DNA from: a bacterium
GTDB taxonomy: Bacteria; Bacillota_I; Bacilli_A; Izemoplasmatales; UBA1188
Direction of reading: 5' to 3'
NCBI GenBank assembly: GCA_017960565.1
Contig: JAGCYY010000019.1
Coordinates: forward strand, 1-63,954
DNA: 63,954 nt
Part shown: piece by piece, positions 37,476 to 46,257 of the stretch
How positions within the stretch are numbered: position 1 is the stretch's first letter
How the letters are laid out: each line of letters starts with the position of its first letter
The notes under the pieces: model-generated
The model's input: the letters and a program-made list of their open reading frames with translations, nothing else
Database searches by the model: none
Told to the model about the DNA's origin: nothing
Translations under genes and position numbers: made by a program

Positions 37476-37599
37476 AAAAACTCCATTTTTGAGTATAAAA
37501 GGTCAAGCACATACATGTGCGTATGAGCAAGACATTTTGAAATATAACACATATCACTTCTTTAGTGTGCCGAGCTTCGCTTAAGATAGTGATAGATAA

Positions 37600-39444
37600 T
37601 TAGAATTTGTAAGTTGGAACGAGTTCCTTTACAATTGGTTTAATTGAATCCGATTCTTTATAGGTTTCAATATATAATTTATCGAGTTCAGCAAAGAATG
37701 TTTCTTCGTTGAATTCGAGTGGATTAGCAATGTTAATTAAGCCATTAGCGGTAGTCTTTAAACCTTCTTCATCCATAAGACGTTCTTCATAAAGTTTTTC
37801 ACCTGGACGAAGACCAGTAATCTTTATTTGGATATCTTCATGAGGTTTAAAGCCTGAGAGTCTAATTAATGTTTCAGCAAGATCATAAATTCTTACAGGT
37901 TCACCCATATCAAGAACATATATCTCACCACTAGATGCATAAGCGCCAGCTTGCAGGACTAGGCTTACTGCCTCTGGTATAGTCATGAAATATCTTGTGA
38001 TATTCTTGTCTGTGACAGTTACTGGACCACCTTCTGCAATCTGTTTTTTAAAGAGTGGGATTACAGAACCATTTGAACCGAGAACGTTTCCGAATCTTAC
38101 GGCAACAAACTCGGTGTTGCATTTGCCTTTTGATAATTGTCTTCTACCGATTGCTTGAATTATCATTTCACAGATTCTCTTTGAAGCACCCATGATGTTT
38201 GTGGGGTTAACCGCTTTATCAGTTGAAATTTGAATAAAACGTTTCACATGATATTTTTCAGAAACTAGAGCTAGGTTTAATGTACCAAAGACATTGTTTT
38301 TGATGGCTTCATTTGGAGATGTTTCCATGAGTGGCACATGTTTATGTGCTGCAGCATTGAAAACAATATCGATGTTATATTTTTTAAATATATCTTCGAG
38401 TTTGCCTTTATCTCTGATAGAGGCTATTAAGACAAGAATGTTACAATAAGGCATTTTCCTTAGTAGTTCTTGTTGGATATCATAAGCATTGTTTTCATAG
38501 ATATCTAGAATAATTAGTTGTTTAGGATAGTGTGAAGCAATCTGACGACAGAGTTCAGATCCAATTGATCCACCACCACCAGTAACTAAAACAACTCTAT
38601 TTTCTATATAACCCATAATTTCATCTAGGTTGACTTTGATTTCACCACGACCGAGAAGATCGGAAATAGAAACGTGTCTTATTGATCTTATTGATACTGT
38701 TCCATCAACTAACTGGTAAAGACCAGGAATGATAGAAACTTTACAGTTTGTTTTTTCACAGATTTTAAGAAGAGCTTGTTGTTCTTTGCGAGAAATAGAT
38801 GGTACAGCAACTATTATTTCTTTTACATGGAATTTTTTAGCATTCTCTTGAATAGTTTCATTAGTGCCTACTACTGGTATACCTAAGATAGTTGTTCCAA
38901 CTTTTTGTGGATTATTATCAATTAAGCAAACAGGGTTTCTTTCAATCTTAGTTGTATTGAGGAGTTCTCTTAAGATTGTGGTACCAGCATCGCCAGCTCC
39001 AATAATCATTACGTTATTTTGATTTTCTTTTTGAGGGAATAATTCATTGTTTCTTATTTGAATGAATAATCTAACTGAGAACCTAATAAATGCAGTTAGA
39101 AGGAGCAGCACTAGAGATAGAATCGATATATATCGCATATTTATATATCTTGAGTTGGTAGCGATTACGAAGATACTCACAAAGATGAAATTTAAAAGAA
39201 TAGCAAATCCTATCTTTAGTAAATCGATTACTGATGTGTATTTAAGTGTGGCTTTATATAGCCCAGCTAATGCGAACATTGTGAGTATTAGCACACATTC
39301 GCTAGTTGAGAAGATAATATAAAAAAGGAGATATTCTTTTTCTAGTGGCTGAGAAAGTAAAAAGAAGCTGGCAAAGATGGATAGCATAATAACAAATATA
39401 TCAAATAGCCCCAATAAAAACTTTCTCCTGATGATACTAGGCAT
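37600..39444 (-). CDS. CapD/PglF-type membrane-anchored UDP-GlcNAc 4,6-dehydratase
   Basis: Four N-terminal TM segments, then VLVTGGGGSIGSEL, ..AAAHKHVPLME.. and ISTDKAVNPTNIMGASKR. Confidence 0.85.
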   Translation of the reverse strand: MPSIIRRKFLLGLFDIFVIMLSIFASFFLLSQPLEKEYLLFYIIFSTSECVLILTMFALAGLYKATLKYTSVIDLLKIGFAILLNFIFVSIFVIATNSRYINMRYISILSLVLLLLTAFIRFSVRLFIQIRNNELFPQKENQNNVMIIGAGDAGTTILRELLNTTKIERNPVCLIDNNPQKVGTTILGIPVVGTNETIQENAKKFHVKEIIVAVPSISRKEQQALLKICEKTNCKVSIIPGLYQLVDGTVSIRSIRHVSISDLLGRGEIKVNLDEIMGYIENRVVLVTGGGGSIGSELCRQIASHYPKQLIILDIYENNAYDIQQELLRKMPYCNILVLIASIRDKGKLEDIFKKYNIDIVFNAAAHKHVPLMETSPNEAIKNNVFGTLNLALVSEKYHVKRFIQISTDKAVNPTNIMGASKRICEMIIQAIGRRQLSKGKCNTEFVAVRFGNVLGSNGSVIPLFKKQIAEGGPVTVTDKNITRYFMTIPEAVSLVLQAGAYASSGEIYVLDMGEPVRIYDLAETLIRLSGFKPHEDIQIKITGLRPGEKLYEERLMDEEGLKTTANGLINIANPLEFNEETFFAELDKLYIETYKESDSIKPIVKELVPTYKF

Positions 39445-39862
39445 TAAGAATTCCTCCGAATTAGTATAAAGATCAAATCTAGAACCTATAAATATTAATA
39501 TTTATTGGCTTGTATTTTATTTTATACTATTTTGGCTAAATAATAAAGATAAATCTTTATATTTTCGATAATTGTAAAAAACTGTCTTTTTACATTTTTA
39601 ATAAAAAATAGGGACATATAGTTATTACTTTTGAATAATAGTATAATGTCCCCATAAAAATATTATTTTGTGTTTTATAAGATTAAAGATAATTTATTTG
39701 TGTTAATATTATGAAAATTATGTACATGTAGTCAGTATTTTTTAGATTTATAGGCTAGTTAATGCAGCAGTTTTATTTATTTTTAAATTATTATTTTCTT
39801 GATATTTATTCGCAATTTCTTGCGAGTTATCTAGATTGATATTATTGTTTAATAGATGATAT

Positions 39863-40420
39863 TTATTTTAAAAATAGTATCATTGATTCACCATTTAGAT
39901 ATCTTCCATCTTTAAGTTTTAATTGATGTGGAATATCTCCTACTTTTACAAATCCTTTTTTAGTGTATAGGTTTTTAGCTCTTTCATTCGTGCTAATAAC
40001 ATCTAGTTCTATTTGTTCAATGCCTTCAGTGTTTTTCGCTATTTTAATCATTTCATCAAAAAGAATTGAACCGATCCCAAGACCCCAGTATTCTTTTTGA
40101 ATCGCAATTCCTACTGATGAGCGATGTCTATCTTTGATATGGTTATGAAAATTGAGGCTTGAATTGCCGATGATTTTACCATTTAAATATACACAAATAA
40201 GATAGTTTTTATTTGTGTTATATGATTCAATAAATGTTTCTTCTTTTTCTATATTTGTAACATATGCATTATAATCTTCTGGTTCACTTAATAGATTATC
40301 TGTAGAAGATGCAACTTTTATTATATTATCAAGAAGAATTCTAGCATCACCCTTTTCAGGTGACTTTAATATTACTTTTGTCCCATCTTTTAAGATGAAT
40401 TCTTTTGGCTTATAGATCAT
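39863..40420 (-). CDS. GNAT-family N-acetyltransferase
   Basis: VGIAIQKEYWGLGIGSILFDEMIKIAK (acetyl-CoA binding Q/RxxGxG/A motif). Confidence 0.8.
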   Translation of the reverse strand: MIYKPKEFILKDGTKVILKSPEKGDARILLDNIIKVASSTDNLLSEPEDYNAYVTNIEKEETFIESYNTNKNYLICVYLNGKIIGNSSLNFHNHIKDRHRSSVGIAIQKEYWGLGIGSILFDEMIKIAKNTEGIEQIELDVISTNERAKNLYTKKGFVKVGDIPHQLKLKDGRYLNGESMILFLK

Positions 40421-40630
40421 AGGATTTACCTCGCTTTATTAAATTATACCATTAATTTGAAAGAGGATGGTGTAATATATTTTTTTGTATAAAGCGATAC
40501 CGCATTAACGCTTAGTATATTTAGATTCACTTTCTAGCATATTGCTTTTTGATTGCCCAAAGTAAAAATCACCAGTAAAAGATTGGAGATAGTAAGCTGT
40601 GGCAGTATATGCAATAACTGATACAATTTG

Positions 40631-40678
40631 CGTACCCCTTCTTAAAAAGTTCGTACCCCTATGACATTTGCGTACCCC
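40631..40678. repeat. Three direct copies of CGTACCCC (TT[G]CGTACCCC) spaced 21 and 19 nt
   Basis: Copies at 40631..40638, 40652..40659 and 40671..40678. They lie in the gap between the P-loop kinase gene and the GNAT gene. Confidence 0.6.
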
Positions 40679-40697
40679 ATATTCTTGAATATATAAT

Positions 40698-41192
40698 TTA
40701 GCTCTTTTTAATTTGAGAAATATATTTTTCTTTTTCTTCTCTATCATTGAAAAATATTATATTTTTATCTTTATATTTTTCTAATAATCCTAATACTTTT
40801 GGTCTTGTTTCAATTTGCCAATTAATTAAAAACCCTTGAAATTCAGGATCAAATTCAGTTTCAATAAAAGGACAATCTGTTCTATAAGTTCCTACCCTAC
40901 TTGAGGCGCCATTAAGTGAATCCTCTAAAGAAAAATTAAAGAAAAAAATAGTATCTGAATTTTTCATTCTAATTTCATAGGTTCTTGAATAATCTCCATC
41001 GATAATAAATGATTCTTCTTTTAATATTTCATTTAATTTTAAATCAAATTCTTCTCTTGAGATGTGTGTTTTATCTTTATTCCAAAATATATTATCTAAA
41101 TGATATACTGGTATATCTAATATTTTACTTAGTTCTTTAGAAAAATATGATTTTCCAGATCCACCTGGACCTATCACAATTATTTTTTTCAC
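40698..41192 (-). CDS. Adenylate-kinase-like P-loop NTPase (topology-modulation/FlaR-like family)
   Basis: MKKIIVIGPGGSGKSYFSKELSKILDIPVYHLDNIFW. Confidence 0.7.
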   Translation of the reverse strand: MKKIIVIGPGGSGKSYFSKELSKILDIPVYHLDNIFWNKDKTHISREEFDLKLNEILKEESFIIDGDYSRTYEIRMKNSDTIFFFNFSLEDSLNGASSRVGTYRTDCPFIETEFDPEFQGFLINWQIETRPKVLGLLEKYKDKNIIFFNDREEKEKYISQIKKS

Positions 41193-41388
41193 TTAGTATT
41201 TTTCCCTCATTTCTTTCATCTTATTATATCAAATAAAGTATAATATGATATAATATATTTATAGAAAGTTGGTAATATTAATGCTTTATTTTAATAAGAT
41301 AATAATACAACTTAACAAAAAAATTTTAAGCCTTATTGTAGAAATACAGTAAGGCTTTTCTTTTTGAGAAAAATAGGAGGAAAATAAT

Positions 41389-42609
41389 ATGAATATTCAC
41401 GAAAAGAAATACGAATTGATAAAATTTGAAGATGGAGATTTTAGTTTAGATGTAAATGTATCACCTGAAGAGGAAACTGTATGGTTAACACAAAAAGATA
41501 TGGCATTATTATTTAATGTTTCAATTGACAATATCAGTCTACATATTAAAAATATAATAAAAGACGGTGAATTAGATCAATCAGTATTCGAGGAATCCTC
41601 GATAACTGCTTCTGATGGAAAGAAATATAAAACAAAAATGTATAATCTAGATATGATAATATCTGTCGGTTATCGTGTCAAATCAAGACGTGGAATAATA
41701 TTTAGGAATTGGGCTAATTCAATTTTAAATAATAATAGAGTAATTGATGATTATAGTATTCAAAATATGGCTAAATTTAGCGGAAAATATGAATTAGTTA
41801 AATTTAAGGACGGGGATTTTAGTTTAGATGTAAGTGTATCTCCTATGGAGGATACTGTATGGTTAACACAAGAACAAATAGCAGAATTATTTCAAAAATC
41901 TAGAAGCACAATAACTGAGCACATAACCAATATATTTTCAACTAATGAATTAAATGAAAATACTTCCGTCGGAATTTCCGACATAAGTGGAAGTCATAGA
42001 CCAAACAAGTTATACAATTTAGATGTAATACTTGCCGTAGGATATAGAGTTAATTCTAAAAGAGGTATTGCTTTTAGGCGCTGGGCAACAGATACATTAA
42101 AACAATATTTATTAAATGGTTATGCAATTAATGCTGAAAGAATTATGGCATATCAGTCTAATATATTACAATTAGAAGCTAATGTAATTAATATAGAAAA
42201 TAGATTAAAGAATTTAGAGATGACTATATATTCTGATAATACTCAAATCATATTTGAAGGCGAAATATTAGAACCATATACTTTCTTAAGAAAATTATTC
42301 TTTTTATCAAGAAATGAAATAACTATAATTGATCAATATGCTGATAAATTCTTATTAACAATGTTATCCGATTTAAAGGTTAAAATAACTATTGTTACTT
42401 CTACTTCATCTTATTTAAACAAAGAAATAATACCTAATAATATAACAATTCTTCATAATGATATTATTCATGATAGATTCATCGTTATTGATGATTTAGT
42501 ATATGCGATAGGTTCTTCTTTTAATGATATTGGTAAGAAGAGATTTTTTATGATGAAATTAGAAAATATAACAAAAGATATGATATTAAAGGGAAGAAAA
42601 AAGGATTGA
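41389..42609 (+). CDS. RhuM-family protein with tandemly duplicated N-terminal module
   Basis: Module 1 is YELIKFEDGDFSLDVNVSPEEETVWLTQKDMALLF..MYNLDMIISVGYRVKSRRGIIFRNWA. Module 2 is YELVKFKDGDFSLDVSVSPMEDTVWLTQEQIAELF..LYNLDVILAVGYRVNSKRGIAFRRWA. The C-terminal IIDQYADKFLL..IHDRFIVIDDLVYAIGSSFNDIGKKRFFMMKL is the usual RhuM tail. Confidence 0.8.
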   Translation: MNIHEKKYELIKFEDGDFSLDVNVSPEEETVWLTQKDMALLFNVSIDNISLHIKNIIKDGELDQSVFEESSITASDGKKYKTKMYNLDMIISVGYRVKSRRGIIFRNWANSILNNNRVIDDYSIQNMAKFSGKYELVKFKDGDFSLDVSVSPMEDTVWLTQEQIAELFQKSRSTITEHITNIFSTNELNENTSVGISDISGSHRPNKLYNLDVILAVGYRVNSKRGIAFRRWATDTLKQYLLNGYAINAERIMAYQSNILQLEANVINIENRLKNLEMTIYSDNTQIIFEGEILEPYTFLRKLFFLSRNEITIIDQYADKFLLTMLSDLKVKITIVTSTSSYLNKEIIPNNITILHNDIIHDRFIVIDDLVYAIGSSFNDIGKKRFFMMKLENITKDMILKGRKKD

Positions 42610-42626
42610 TAACTTGTATCAATCCT
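42602..42626. terminator. Bidirectional hairpin between the RhuM gene and tRNA-Glu
   Basis: AGGATTGATA-acttg-TATCAATCCT, a perfect 10-bp stem overlapping the RhuM stop codon. Confidence 0.6.
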
Positions 42627-42639
42627 GCTTGTTCTTAAA

Positions 42640-42716
42640 TGGTAGCCTGTACCGGATTCGAACCGGCGAATGCCGCCTTGAGAGGGCGGTGAGTTAAGCC
42701 ACTTCTCCAACAGGCC
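42640..42716 (-). tRNA. tRNA-Glu (anticodon CUC)
   Basis: 77-nt cloverleaf. Acceptor GGCCUGU/ACAGGCU (G1:U72). Anticodon stem CCGCC/GGCGG with loop CU-CUC-AA. T arm GCCGG-UUCGAAU-CCGGU. CCA is encoded. The D arm is nearly identical to tRNA-Glu(UUC) at 63315..63390. Confidence 0.8.
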
Positions 42717-42731
42717 ATATATAAGGTGGTT

Positions 42732-44387
42732 TTATTCCACCTTACTAAATCTATTAATTATTTTATCTTTACCTAGAATCTTTTCTACGTAATAGAGGTT
42801 TGGTGAATTCTTTCTTCCGGCAAGAACGATTCTAATCATTTCTGATGCATCACCGATTGTGCCTTTATAGAATTCAGGATCTTCTTTCATTTCTTTCTTG
42901 TTAGCGGCAAAACCTAGAGGTTTCATAACGCTTTTAAGATTATTAAACCATTCTTCTTCAGTTAAATCAAGGCCTAAGTTCATCATATGAGCATTTAGAA
43001 CTTCTTTGATTTCACTAGTAGAATATTTAGGGTTAAATTCAAATGGATTATCTTTTATTATTGAATCATAATAATCATCATAGAAGAATGATATAAATGG
43101 AACAATGTCTTCAAATTTAGTATAGTCTTTTCTTGGATTTTCTTTTTCTCTTTCGATATTGATTATTGATTCAAAATATGGTCTATCTCTTAAGATTAAT
43201 GATTCTAATTCCTTGTTGTAGAGGGAGGCATATTCTAGTGCTAAATCAGTGAATTCTTTTTTAGATAATCTTGATAATCTTTCTTTAGAGATGTTGTTAA
43301 TTTTTTCTATGTCGAAGAGAGCTCCATCAACACTGAATTTATCGAAAGTGAAATCAAAGTCATAGATATCACTATCCATATGTTCAAGTCTCCATTCTTC
43401 GAAATTAGAATTCGCAAGAGTGAATAGATATTCAAGAAGTGCTTTTTTAGGATAACCTGATTCGAGGAAGTATGATACTGCAGCTTCTTTATCAAGTCTC
43501 TTTGAAAGTTTTCTTCTCTTACCATCGTCTAGTTTCATAATAACTGGAAGATGAGCATATTTTGGAAGAGGGAATCCAAGACGTTCAAATAGTTCGATGT
43601 GAATTGGAAGACTAGATAACCATTCTTCACCACGTGTTACATGGGTTGTGTGCATAAAATGGTCATCACATAGATGTGCAAAATGATATGTTGGAAGACC
43701 ATCTGATTTTAAGATTACAATGTGTTGATCGTTTTCTGTGAGTTCAAGATCGCCTTTAATCAAATCATGAACATGAATTTTATTGTTGTGGTTACCGTGG
43801 GAACGGAAACGGATGATGTATTTATCTCCTTTTTCAATTCTTTCTATAGCTTCTTTAGCTGACATAAATGAACATAGGGCATATTTTCCATAATAACCTG
43901 GATTTTCTTTTTTAAGTTCTTGTTCCTTTCGGATTTCATTTAGTTCTTCTTCACTTAAGAAACATGGATAGGCATCACCACGTTTAATCATTTCTTTGAT
44001 AACTGTATTATAGATTAATGATCTATCTGATTGTTTATATGGACCATAGTTTCCTTTTTCATATGAACCATAGTAACCTTCAGTTGGGATAATATCAAAT
44101 AATGCAAGTTCAGAAAGAAGTCTTTCTCCTGAACCTTCAATTTCTCTTTTAGAATCTGTATCTTCAAGCCTTAACATGAATACGCCATTTGTTTGTTTCT
44201 GAAACTTATGGCATATCATTGCGGTAAATAAACTACCTGAATGTAAAAAACCAGTAGGTGATGGGGCAAATCTATCAACTATTGCATTATCAGGTAGATT
44301 TCTTTTTGGATATTTCTTTTCGAGATCTTCTATAGTTGTCTTAATGTTAGGAAATATTAATTCAGCAAGTCTTTCATTATCTGTCAT
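42732..44387 (-). CDS. gltX: Glutamate--tRNA ligase (long, 551 aa)
   Basis: RFAPSPTGFLHSGSL (HIGH region), LRLEDTDSKRE and KLSKR (KMSKS). Confidence 0.9.
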   Translation of the reverse strand: MTDNERLAELIFPNIKTTIEDLEKKYPKRNLPDNAIVDRFAPSPTGFLHSGSLFTAMICHKFQKQTNGVFMLRLEDTDSKREIEGSGERLLSELALFDIIPTEGYYGSYEKGNYGPYKQSDRSLIYNTVIKEMIKRGDAYPCFLSEEELNEIRKEQELKKENPGYYGKYALCSFMSAKEAIERIEKGDKYIIRFRSHGNHNNKIHVHDLIKGDLELTENDQHIVILKSDGLPTYHFAHLCDDHFMHTTHVTRGEEWLSSLPIHIELFERLGFPLPKYAHLPVIMKLDDGKRRKLSKRLDKEAAVSYFLESGYPKKALLEYLFTLANSNFEEWRLEHMDSDIYDFDFTFDKFSVDGALFDIEKINNISKERLSRLSKKEFTDLALEYASLYNKELESLILRDRPYFESIINIEREKENPRKDYTKFEDIVPFISFFYDDYYDSIIKDNPFEFNPKYSTSEIKEVLNAHMMNLGLDLTEEEWFNNLKSVMKPLGFAANKKEMKEDPEFYKGTIGDASEMIRIVLAGRKNSPNLYYVEKILGKDKIINRFSKVE

Positions 44388-44431
44388 ATGAGATAGCTCC
44401 TTAATAATTACTTTTTTATTATATACTCTTT

Positions 44432-45913
44432 TTAATATTTTTTCATAATCTCTTTTAAGAGATCTATTATATCTCTTGGTAGTGTTGCGTATGTCCCATA
44501 TTTAGTTTGAGCTAAATCGCCAGCCTTACCAAGAATATATGCTCCAGCAAGTGCAGCATCAAGAACATCTTTATAGCCCATAATACCGGTAATGATGCCA
44601 GAAAGTATATCTCCAGAACCACCTTTTGATAAACTTGCACAACCAGTGATTACTAGATATATTCTTCCGGATTTAGAAATGATTGTTGAAGGGCCTTTAA
44701 GAACTAAGGTTACATTATAATCTTTTGTGAATTTAGAAGCATATTCGATTGGATTATCTAATATATCTTCTGTTTTTTTATTTATTAACCTTGAAAATTC
44801 TTTGATATGTGGTGTTAGAACTATGTCTGCCTTTGATTCATTTAAGATATTTAAATCTATGAGGGATAGAGCATTTAATCCGTCAGCATCTATCAATAAT
44901 TTTTTGTCGTAGTTCTTAATAAGATATTCTAGAATTTTTATAGTGTCTTCACTTACACCTGTACCCATTCCAAATGCTAGACTAGATAGATTTTCTATGG
45001 CAGCGCTTATTTCATTTTCATCAAATAAAAAACCTCGTCCTTCATTTGATGAAATAGGATAAAGTGTTGATTCAAGAAGATATGGTAGGATTGAATCTGT
45101 GATTGAATCTGGAGCGATTATTCTTGAAACACCAGCACCACTTGATAATGCGATTAAAGCTAGGTTAGATAATTTAACTGATCCACTATATTTGTATGAT
45201 CCACCCATAATACCTACATAGCCATATGTTCCTTTATGGGAATTATATTTTCTTATTCTAAGTGATTTATTTAAATCATCTTGGTTATATAGATAATATG
45301 ATTCAGAAGAGAAAGGAATGCCTATATTGGTGCATGATAGTTCGCCAATATAGTCTTTGGCATCATTTAAGAAATGACCTGGTTTAAGGTATCCTATAGC
45401 TACTGTAAGATCTGATAGGACTGCAAGCTTAGTTCTACCATTATCTGCGTTTAAGCCAGAATTAATATCTATAGATATTGTAAAAGTCATATGGGAATTG
45501 ATTTCTTCAACTACTTCTTTTGCTGGGGTTTCTAAATCACCTTTGAATCCAATTCCAAAGATGGCATCGACAAATGTATCATAGCCTGTGAATTTAAATG
45601 ATTCTGTGTAATTATAGACAGGAATCATCATATCTATACAAGATGATAGAAGATCTAAAAGATGTGGTTTAGTTATTGGATAGAGTTGAAGAATAGAAAC
45701 ATCTTTTTGTTCTTCTTTTAATAGTCTTGCGAGGGCAAGACCATCACCACCGTTGTTTCCTTTTCCGATAATGATTAGGGTTTTACCTTTAAAATTGTGC
45801 GCAGAAAAAATAGCTTTACCAGCTCTAAGTATTAGATTTGTTTCTGACATGACGTTGTTGACTGCATATAAATCTGCATCTTTCATCATTTTTGAAGATA
45901 AAACTTTAAGCAT
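44432..45913 (-). CDS. nnr: Bifunctional NAD(P)H-hydrate repair enzyme (epimerase + ADP-dependent dehydratase)
   Basis: N-terminal YjeF_N GKGNNGGDGLALARLL. C-terminal carbohydrate-kinase part GGSGDILSGIITG. Confidence 0.85.
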   Translation of the reverse strand: MLKVLSSKMMKDADLYAVNNVMSETNLILRAGKAIFSAHNFKGKTLIIIGKGNNGGDGLALARLLKEEQKDVSILQLYPITKPHLLDLLSSCIDMMIPVYNYTESFKFTGYDTFVDAIFGIGFKGDLETPAKEVVEEINSHMTFTISIDINSGLNADNGRTKLAVLSDLTVAIGYLKPGHFLNDAKDYIGELSCTNIGIPFSSESYYLYNQDDLNKSLRIRKYNSHKGTYGYVGIMGGSYKYSGSVKLSNLALIALSSGAGVSRIIAPDSITDSILPYLLESTLYPISSNEGRGFLFDENEISAAIENLSSLAFGMGTGVSEDTIKILEYLIKNYDKKLLIDADGLNALSLIDLNILNESKADIVLTPHIKEFSRLINKKTEDILDNPIEYASKFTKDYNVTLVLKGPSTIISKSGRIYLVITGCASLSKGGSGDILSGIITGIMGYKDVLDAALAGAYILGKAGDLAQTKYGTYATLPRDIIDLLKEIMKKY

Positions 45914-46004
45914 ATAAAATTCCCTTATTTATGATATCATAAATTAAATATAATGTGAACAAAGGGATTAGGAATTACTAGAGAAAAGAAATAGAAAATT
46001 TCAA

Positions 46005-46033
46005 TTGCAATTGGTGTTTTTTTGTGTTATTAT
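46005..46033 (+). promoter_or_regulatory. Sigma-A-type promoter for the tRNA-Gln/tRNA-Leu pair
   Basis: TTGCAA (46005..46010), a 17-nt spacer, then TGtTATTAT extended -10 (46028..46033). This is about 15 nt upstream of the tRNA 5' end. Confidence 0.5.
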
Positions 46034-46048
46034 AATAAAGCAATTGTT

Positions 46049-46123
46049 AGGACCGTAGCCAAGTGGTTAAGGCAATGGACTTTGACTCCATCATCGAAGG
46101 TTCGAATCCTTCCGGCCCTGCCA
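46049..46123 (+). tRNA. tRNA-Gln (anticodon UUG)
   Basis: 75 nt. Anticodon stem AUGGA/UCCAU with loop CU-UUG-AC. T arm GAAGG-UUCGAAU-CCUUC. CCA is encoded. The acceptor AGGACCG/CGGCCCU has an A4:C69 mismatch. Confidence 0.8.
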
Positions 46124-46129
46124 CAAACT

Positions 46130-46214
46130 GCGGATGTGGCGAAACTGGCAGACGCGCAAGATTTAGGTTCTTGTACCGCAAGGCGTGCAGGTTCAAGTCC
46201 TGTCATCCGCACCA
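46130..46214 (+). tRNA. tRNA-Leu (anticodon UAG)
   Basis: 85 nt. Acceptor GCGGAUG/CAUCCGC. Anticodon stem CAAGA/UCUUG with loop UU-UAG-GU. Long variable arm. T loop UUCAAGU. CCA is encoded. Confidence 0.85.
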
Positions 46215-46257
46215 CGATATTTAAAACAGATGGCTTTGCCATTTTTTTATTTGAAAA

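Noticed and set aside
40505-40747. An 80-aa minus-strand ORF in the kinase-GNAT spacer.
   Set aside because: It overlaps the 3' end of the kinase-like gene by 50 nt and has no RBS. Its N-terminal half is simply the translation of the three CGTACCCC repeats. I treat it as non-coding repeat DNA.
42640-42716. The TCA triplet in the anticodon loop (CUCUCAA) suggested an opal-suppressor or selenocysteine tRNA.
   Set aside because: With a 5-bp stem CCGCC/GGCGG, the 7-nt loop puts U at position 33 and CUC at 34-36. The acceptor is 7 bp and the variable loop is 5 nt, which is unlike tRNA-Sec. The body is nearly identical to tRNA-Glu(UUC) at 63315.
44388-44431. I looked for a T-box leader upstream of gltX. 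I also looked for riboswitch-sized leaders upstream of ackA, fmt and priA.
   Set aside because: The intergenic gaps are 9-50 nt, far too short for T-box or riboswitch elements. These genes are simply packed into operons.
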